From: Diplonema japonicum
Lineage: Eukaryota > Protista > Euglenozoa: Diplonemea
NCBI GenBank assembly: GCA_964019335.1
Contig: OZ025672.1
Span: 124,001 to 188,000 of the forward strand
Direction: 5' to 3'
Length of the DNA: 64,000 nucleotides
The notes beneath the pieces are model-generated. The model worked only from the letters and a program-made list of their open reading frames with translations, ran no database searches and was not told the DNA's origin. Positions 56,801 to 64,000 of the stretch are shown here, in pieces. The position numbers and the translations under genes were made by a program. Each line of letters starts with the position of its first letter. The stretch's first letter is position 1.

Positions 56801-59800
56801 TCCTCGTGTCGGTCTGCAAAGATGAAGAACGCAGCACCGTACATGATGTTGCCCTTCGAGAGACTTACCAGAGCGTTCTTGCTCGCTGCTGCTTTGTTTG
56901 CCTGCACCGTGAAGTCCCTGTCGAAGAAGTCCGCCACCTTCCTATCCCCCACGGCCCTGAACAGCGCAGACAGAACTGACTTCTTGCCTAGCGCCGCATA
57001 CAGAAGTGCCGCGTCCCTGGGGTCTTTCTTCTCCTGGAACCTGCTATTCGCCAGCTTCTCACACAAATCTCTGAACAACATGTTACTCCGCAGCCAGATG
57101 GGGACTCTTAGTCCCATCACCTCCTTCCACGACAGCCCAGCACCGTACATCTTTTGGATGGATTGGAGCAGCCCGTCTGTGCAGTCGGAGTGCATAGCCC
57201 ATGTCACGAACTTCCAAGACAAAGGAGGCAGCTTGCTGCTGAGGGCATGCATGCGACCCATCAGGTTCTGCGTAACTCTCCTCAGCCTAATGTTATGCAT
57301 GGCATGCAGTCCTCCCTCATCAAGCGCCTCCCCGTCTGCCCTTCTCACCCTCTCAACGTCCAGCAGCGACAGCAGCTGCAAGGCCGAATCCGAAGAAACT
57401 CCTGGAAGGGTCGCGTTGCCCAGTAGCTCTGCAAGCTTCTCGGCGTCCTCCTCTTCAAGCCCCTCGTAAACAGGGTTCTCCTCTGTGCCTGGGGGGAGGT
57501 CCTCCAGGTACTTCAAAGACCATTTAAACGTGTAGTGGTTGATGCTGCCTTTCTTCGAGAAGGGCTTCCCTGTCTGGTTCAGTGACGAGTCCACTCGCGG
57601 CTGAAGGCCCCACTGGGGGTCAAGGGACTTCGCTTTTTGCAAAGAAGCTTTGAGTTCCTTAAGAATGGCAGCCGCTCTTGAAGGGAAGGCAGTGCCTTCT
57701 AACCAGAAGGATAGGTAGTAAGGGTGGTATGCTGGGGTAGAGGCAGCCATAGGGGGAGGGTCGTTCTTGACGAAGCCGCAAGGGTGCGCAGTGAGGACGG
57801 TGCGGCCGTGGGTGAAAGCGGTTGGAGAACCTCCTTCTTTGTGACAAGGGCGAGAGCTGAGCTTCTCGAGGGTGTGGGCGCAATAGACGTCGATGGTAGT
57901 ACCATGTGCCACGACCAGGAAAGGAACAGTGTGGGTGTCGTCGGCACCCACTGACATCTGCATTGCCCTGTTGTTGCTGAAGAGAGTAGACGACATGGTG
58001 GCGGTAGAGGATGGCGTTGCAGCGGTGTCCGCTCGAGTGAGCCCCACGCCCTCCTCCCGGACACCAGTCTCGATGATGGATATTGCCTTCTTGCACAACG
58101 TGGTCGCCACTGCGTACTTCACCAGAGCGTTGTCTGCAGTCACGGCCACAATGCTGCTGCCCACAGTGCGCATCGCAAGCACTTCGCTTGACGCACGGAT
58201 GTCGGACATGATGAGCTCTGCCTTCGGGGCGTCCCTGTTCTGTATGTGAACACCGTACAGCCCCATTCCCGACGACACCACCAGAATGCACCCATGGTCC
58301 CATTTAAGTACATCTGCGGCGGCCACCTTCTGCCCCCCCGTCAGGCAACACGCAGTGCAGATAGGCTTAGGGACCCCAAAGATGTTGGCAGGGTAGGCCG
58401 TAGCGTCTCCGCGCACGCCAAACGCTGTCGAATTAAAGCTGCTGTTGTGCGACGACGAGGCGCTCCTGTGGGGAGACGCGTCCCACGACCACACCTTCGC
58501 CCTGCCGTCAATAGAGGCAAGCACTAGCCAGCAGTCGCCATTTCCATCGCTCCAGGACACCAACTGGCAAGGAAGCGTGTCCACAGGCTGCACCTTCTGC
58601 TTAGGCGCATCTTCTTCTTTTGGCTTCTCAGGTTCAGGTTCAGGTTCAGGAGCCGGACTTGTATCCGCTGGAACGGCCTCCGATCTGAGAATGCGTGAGT
58701 AGTGACGAGGTAGCATACCCGTTTCCACCATTCATAGCAGCTTTCTTCGCAGCCAACAAATGCGCATATCTATAACATTTTGTAGCGTTTTTGTTCTTTC
58801 GAATCACATACTTATTTTTCATTGCCTCCTTCCCATCAACAGCCGGAGCGGGTGGTGCTGCGGCTGAAGCTGCAGCCTTTTTAGCAGCAATAAGGTGCGC
58901 ATATCTTTGTTTGCGATTTTACCCCTTTCTTACACATACTTGTCCATCGCAGCCTGCTTCCCAGAAACAGGTTCCGGTGTACTGGCTGGCTGAGCCGGAG
59001 CATTCTTCTTCTTGTTCTTGCGTTCTTCATGCTCTTTAGTAGGATTGGTGGCGACAATCTCTGTGGGGCACTGAAGGGGGGGTCGCTGGATAAGGGAGTA
59101 GCAGTGAGGGGACTGTGGGAGGTCGCGTGAAGTTGTGTGATCGCCTGGTAGTTGTAGAGGCGTGGTGGGCGGGGTGTTGGAATCCGAGAGAGACGCCACT
59201 GCAGTGATGAATGAGTTTGTGTTAACTGACAAGGAAAGGGGTATCACAGCGTCAGTGGTGGCACAGAAGAGGGTCTCGTCATCGGGCGCCCATTCAAGGA
59301 GGTGTACGCCTTCGAGCTGCAAGGAGCACAATCGCATGAGCTGCTGTTTTGATCCGAGGTATCCCGCTCCTGCGTCTTCAAGCCACAGTACTACTTCTAT
59401 ATCGTCACAACTCGCTAGAAGCGGCAGCCGCTGGTGCACCGCTACGCTTGTGACTTGCCCTCTGTGCCCCGTCATGCCGTACATCAGAACATACGGAGAC
59501 CCCAGCAAACTGCTCTGCACATTGTACACATTCATATCACTCGCCATCGCAGTCACGTTGATCCCGCCTCCCGCCGTGGCCGATGCGTTTAGAACCCTTT
59601 CTATAGGGGTGCCTTTGACAGGCCACCCCGAAGGTGTTTCTCTCCGCCCTGATTTAACACCCCTCTTGGGGACCGCCCCGATGCCCGACACATCATACAC
59701 ACAACACCTCCCTTGCGAGATGACGATGAAGCTGTCAGCTTCTTCAGGTGCGTCTGACCGAAGGGGCGTCAGACCGTAAGGTGCTGGAGGCGGATCCTCT

Positions 59801-60648
59801 ACTGTAATACTTGTCTTAACGGGGCCTCCTGCACAGCTTGCGACCCACGAAACACAGGGAGACTCGAACCCCTGTGGGACCACACAATGTGCAAGATAGT
59901 AGCCTTGTTTGCCGCCTCCATCGATCCAGATGCGCACAGCGGTGGAGTCGACAGTAAGAAGAGCAGAGGTCTGGTTGCGGCAGTTGGGGAGGAACTCTAC
60001 TGTGGTAATTGCGGAAGGGTTCGGGTGGTTGAGCAGGCACGACCTTCCTGTGTAGAAGGGATCAGTTTTCTCGTTTTCATCATCTTCTGCAACAGGTTCG
60101 TTCTTCTTGAGGGCGATCACTTCCAGCCCCTTCTCCCGTAAGACGGCCAGTTGTAGACCCACCCACCCCCATGTGAGGGATTTGATGTTGCCTTGCAGGG
60201 TGGCTGGGATAGGGGGTGAGAAGGTGAGGGGTTGTTTTTCCCGTAAGACAGGGCCAGAAGGGGTGATGTAGATGGACTCGCCAGCGGCGACAGCGATGCC
60301 ATGGAGGGACCAGTCAAGAGAGGCTCCATGGCAATGCAGCCGTGTAGGGGGACGCATCTCGTAGCACGGAGGCGGCGATACAGGGAGTGCATCTTCTTCG
60401 CTGCCCCGACCTGGATCCACCCGAACCCACCTTGTCAACAGATCGCCCTTCAAACACAGCAGCACACCACCGTCGCCCACCCAGGCACACTCGCTTACAT
60501 CGCTGCTCACCATACTCTGAATAAGCTCTCCTCCCCAATACACCACAAGTCCACCCGATGACACACCTATTGCCGTCAGCACATTTCCTTTATACAGCGT
60601 GCTGCATGCTGTCTTCCGAGACGACGCGCATCCTGTGACCGCTAACAT
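53836..60648 (-). CDS. RAV1: Rav1 / Dmx-like (rabconnectin-3 alpha) WD40 protein, V-ATPase assembly factor, 6 exons (introns 58905-58939, 58770-58811, 58685-58718, 54159-54219, 53919-53968)
   Basis: Rav1p_C-type block KDPRDAALLYAALGKKSVLSALFR..KVADFFDRDF..AAASKNA..AAFF, with N- and C-terminal WD40 repeats ending LYSAGSDGRI. Five GT-AG introns give one frame of ~2196 aa. Confidence 0.88.
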
Positions 60649-60818
60649 CCACGTCGGGTGTGCCCCCCGCCTGATGTTGTTGGCTGAACTACTACAGAAA
60701 TTGAAGAAGCAGAAATAAATAGACAAGAGAGGTACTACAAAAAGAAAGCAATACAAATGAAAAAGAATTCACAATGACTAGGGAGTGAAAGCTCCGACCA
60801 AAAAAAAAAAAAAAGGAA

Positions 60819-62273
60819 CTACATGGTGACGTTGGCTTCGTCAGTGTCATCGAACTCGAAGTGCAGCTCCAAGGTGTTGCGGAGCTCGCCAGCGTGGAGG
60901 GCATGGGCAAGGAGGTGTGCAGAGGGGTATGGTGTGTTGTTGACTGAAATGACTGTCTTGCCGACGTAGTAGTCAAGACCCGAGCGGGAGGCGGGTGAAT
61001 TGGGAGAAACGGCATGCAGAATGGTCGTGGACCCCCTCCATGTGATGCCCAGGATGCGGTCCGAGGCCGTCCTGTACAATGTGCAGCTGTAAGGGTCACG
61101 AGGCTGTTCCCGAGCTGTCTTCTCCATCGCATGCGTTGGCACAGTGTTCGTTGCCGCCCGTTGCATCCACACATCACCATCCCCCCACCGCGCCTTGCCG
61201 TCCGCAACGCTCAACAGCTTCGCTCCCAGAAGCACCACCTCGTTCCCCTTTTCATCGCACCTCAGCCTCTCCGACGCCTCGACAGGGTTTCCGAACTTCA
61301 CATTGTCGTCTGTGACCTCAGCGACAGTCCCGTCACTGCACACCCAGTGCCCCTGCAGGCGCTCCATCAGCACCATCTCGTCCCCTGCTGACTCGAGCGC
61401 CGTCATGTGGTGCTCCTTGTCCTCCGACAGCCTGCGGTGAGACGTCTGCTGCTGTTCTCCTGCGTAGTTCTGGTTGTAGAAAAGTCCCTCGTACCCGCCG
61501 GGGCCTTCGTACTTGCGGGAGTGCAGCTCCTCGTGGTGCTTCACGTCCTTCTTGAGGCGACGGTAGCTAACACGGGGGGACTGCGAGGAGTGGCTGGACG
61601 GGGGCGGGTTGTTGTCGCGGGAAGGGGAATCCCCGAGGGGCTGGTGATGAGCCACATCGCGGGTGAGGTTACGGTGCGAGTAGTGAAGGGATGTGTGGCT
61701 GTAGGGGTGGGGAGTGCCCCGGGGAGGCTCATCGACGAGTGGTGTTCTGTGGTGCTGGATGTCGTGTTCGAGCTGCCGTTGGGAGTAGTGCAGAGGAGGT
61801 GTGGTAGGGTCATTGGGTGTGGAGATGGGGACAGTGCCCGCATGGGCGTCCTCTTCCTCGAACACAAACTCAAGCGTGTGCGAGTGCTTGCACGCCTCGG
61901 CGAGTTCGCCATTTGTGTTCACCACAACACCATTCACAGCGTACAGCCGCATGCCTTCGCACTCCTGCATGCCCGCCTTGTACCCTGTCCCACCTATCAC
62001 CACATTACGCAGCCTCATGCCCTCGTCCTCGCAGCGTTCAAAGGTCAACCCCAGACCGTTACCTCCTTCTCGTTCCACTCTGAACATCATCTGCCCTTTT
62101 TGCGGAGTCCTTGGGACTGTTTCCTTGCCCGGAGATGGCTGGGGATGCTGTCCCCGTAGGTCGTGCTTGCTAAACCCTAATGGACTTGTATCCATTGTGA
62201 CTTGGTGGCGCATGCGGTCCTTTTTCATCTCTGCATGACTGGTGTACCTTCGGGGTGTGTGCGGGGTGTGCAT
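60819..62273 (-). CDS. Protein with two PDZ-like domains and His-rich repeats
   Basis: GLGLTF..LRNVVIGGTGYKAGM..LYAVNGVVV and ILGITW..LHAVSPNSPASRSGL..VISVNNTP. First ATG at 62273. Confidence 0.85.
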   Translation of the reverse strand: MHTPHTPRRYTSHAEMKKDRMRHQVTMDTSPLGFSKHDLRGQHPQPSPGKETVPRTPQKGQMMFRVEREGGNGLGLTFERCEDEGMRLRNVVIGGTGYKAGMQECEGMRLYAVNGVVVNTNGELAEACKHSHTLEFVFEEEDAHAGTVPISTPNDPTTPPLHYSQRQLEHDIQHHRTPLVDEPPRGTPHPYSHTSLHYSHRNLTRDVAHHQPLGDSPSRDNNPPPSSHSSQSPRVSYRRLKKDVKHHEELHSRKYEGPGGYEGLFYNQNYAGEQQQTSHRRLSEDKEHHMTALESAGDEMVLMERLQGHWVCSDGTVAEVTDDNVKFGNPVEASERLRCDEKGNEVVLLGAKLLSVADGKARWGDGDVWMQRAATNTVPTHAMEKTAREQPRDPYSCTLYRTASDRILGITWRGSTTILHAVSPNSPASRSGLDYYVGKTVISVNNTPYPSAHLLAHALHAGELRNTLELHFEFDDTDEANVTM

Positions 62274-62459
62274 CACTTTTCGTTGCAATTATTTAGTTCC
62301 CTTTTGATATCTATTTATACGGTTTGGATTGGAACATAATACCAAAAGGGATTAATCAAAGACACAGGGCATGGAAAACCACCGCAAATAACCAAGGGAA
62401 GGGGTATTATCTGATCTTTTTAAAGAAATATTGAACACATAATTTCCTATCACCGAACC

Positions 62460-62491
62460 CTTGGGTGCCATGCTGCCCCGCTCCTGGACAA

Positions 62492-62527
<36 letters not shown>

Positions 62528-63900
62528 AACATGATCGTACCAGTGTACCCAAAAAAAGGGGCGCGGGGGGGAAAATGGAAGGGACTACTTTCAATTTGTA
62601 CTTAGATGCGCTCATTCACGAAATGCGATTGGAAAGAGAAGCAGAAACACGGACTTCGTGGTGCAAAGAAAGCAGGGGTTTCTTCTTTTCCAAAGACGTG
62701 TTACTTTTTTTTTTTCTAGAAGGGGCAAAGGGGGGGGGGGGAAATCTTTTGTCGGGCTGCAAAGAAAGATTCACGGGGGATGTACCCCCCGACTGCAATA
62801 TACTGCTTACGAAACAAAGAAAAAAAAAAAAAAGAAAAAAAAAAAAAAAAAAAAAAAAAAAGGAGGGATACCAATAAAAAGGGAAGGACAATACCTCGAA
62901 GTGATTTTCCGCTTTTTATCTATAAGAGAAACCCATCCTTTCTTCTTCTTTTTTTTTTCCCCCCCTTCTTTTTTTTTTTTTCTCTTTTTTTTTTCTTTGC
63001 CCACCGGTTATTATTTCACTTTTTTTTTTTCTTTTTCTTTTTATAAATTATTTTTTACTCGTTTTTTTCTCAATATTGGCCCTTTAAAAGGGCTCGTAAA
63101 AAGAAAGTGGGAGGGGGACAAAAAAATAAAGCGGCGAAAAAGTTTTTTTTTTTTAAAAAAGTTAACTTTTACTTCCCAAACACTCCAGTTTTACGCGGTT
63201 TATGCTTTTTTTTTTTTTTTTTTTTTTTTTGAAAAAAAAAAAAAGAATATAAAAAAATGAAGGATCCTCGGCCTGCAAGTGACACAAAACCGATTGGGTA
63301 GTTAGGCATGAGTAGTAAGCAAGACGTTCATGGAAAAAGAAAAGGAAGGAAGTGAACTCATTTCTCATTCAGCGTGGTGGTCTCTCCGACAAGCGATTAT
63401 CGTTTCTTTTCTCCCCCCTTTTTTTTTTTTCTTTTTTTTTCCTACCTATCGCGCAATGAAAGAGTTCTTGTTTCGTGGTCTTTTTATGTATTTTCTTTGA
63501 AGGGAGGGAGAAGAAAAAAAAAAAAAAGAAAAAAAAAGGAAAAAGGGGGGAAATGTAGTGATTAACCCTTATGCGCCCAGGGGGGAGAGCCTTTTCTGTA
63601 AAGTGTTTATTGTTTCCTCCTCAACCCCCTCTCATTCGTTATTCATGAGGCTGGGGGTGGGGGGGCTGACCTCCAACATGATCGTTGTGTGCTGGAACGT
63701 TGATTTTAGTATCTATGAGAGCCTAAAAAAAACTTCTAAAAAAAAAATTCCATTTGAGGCAGTTGGGCGCATAAGGGTTAAGAAAAGAGAAGAAAAAAAA
63801 AAAAAAAGAAACCGATAACTGACCAAACCTGATGAATAGAATAAGAATAAGAAAAGGATATAACACAGGAAACCAAAAAAGAAGAAAAAAAAAAAAATCA
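62460..63900. repeat. Low-complexity homopolymer-rich intergenic region
   Basis: Many A/T/G runs and no credible ORF. Confidence 0.8.
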
Positions 63901-64000
63901 TAACGCTCTTTCTCTGAAGAAGGGAAGCGAAATTCTGAATTTGCAGAATTGCATGAAATTCGCAGGGATATGAGATTGGGACGGCGGTGGAGGTGACACA

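Noticed and set aside
20002-58940. Stop-codon reassignment or programmed frameshifting to explain broken ORFs
   Set aside because: Each break in a recognisable gene is resolved by a GT-AG intron, and TAA, TAG and TGA all act as terminators.
1-64000. tRNA, rRNA, spliced-leader RNA genes or CRISPR arrays
   Set aside because: None recognised by eye; tRNAscan-SE and Infernal were not run.

Overview
This is eukaryotic, protist-type DNA. About 24 genes are recognisable and all lie on the minus strand, forming one directional cluster. Co-orientation, a trypanosomatid-like CYP51, pyrimidine-tract/AG sites before start codons and cis-spliced introns together suggest a euglenozoan such as a diplonemid (inference). 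Position 0.6-19 kb is a tandem array of seven ABCG half-transporters. It is followed by a DHHC palmitoyltransferase, a kinesin-14-like pseudo-motor, a gene-poor homopolymer stretch with a 200-N gap, SprT/Spartan, a BIR plus EF-hand protein, an FCP1/SCP phosphatase, an R3H-PDZ protein, CYP51, a copine, two FrnE/DsbA genes, a DUSP pseudophosphatase, Rav1/rabconnectin-3 alpha and a double-PDZ protein. I reconstructed 14 GT-AG introns by hand from reading-frame restoration. Thirteen are 33-61 nt and ten are A-rich before the AG. Mobile DNA includes two inverted ~1.5-kb TIR elements that carry a structured RNA and a truncated zinc-finger ORF, and two copies of a ~320-bp repeat whose 5' part fits a decayed HDV-like ribozyme. 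All calls come from reading motifs by eye; no database searches were run.
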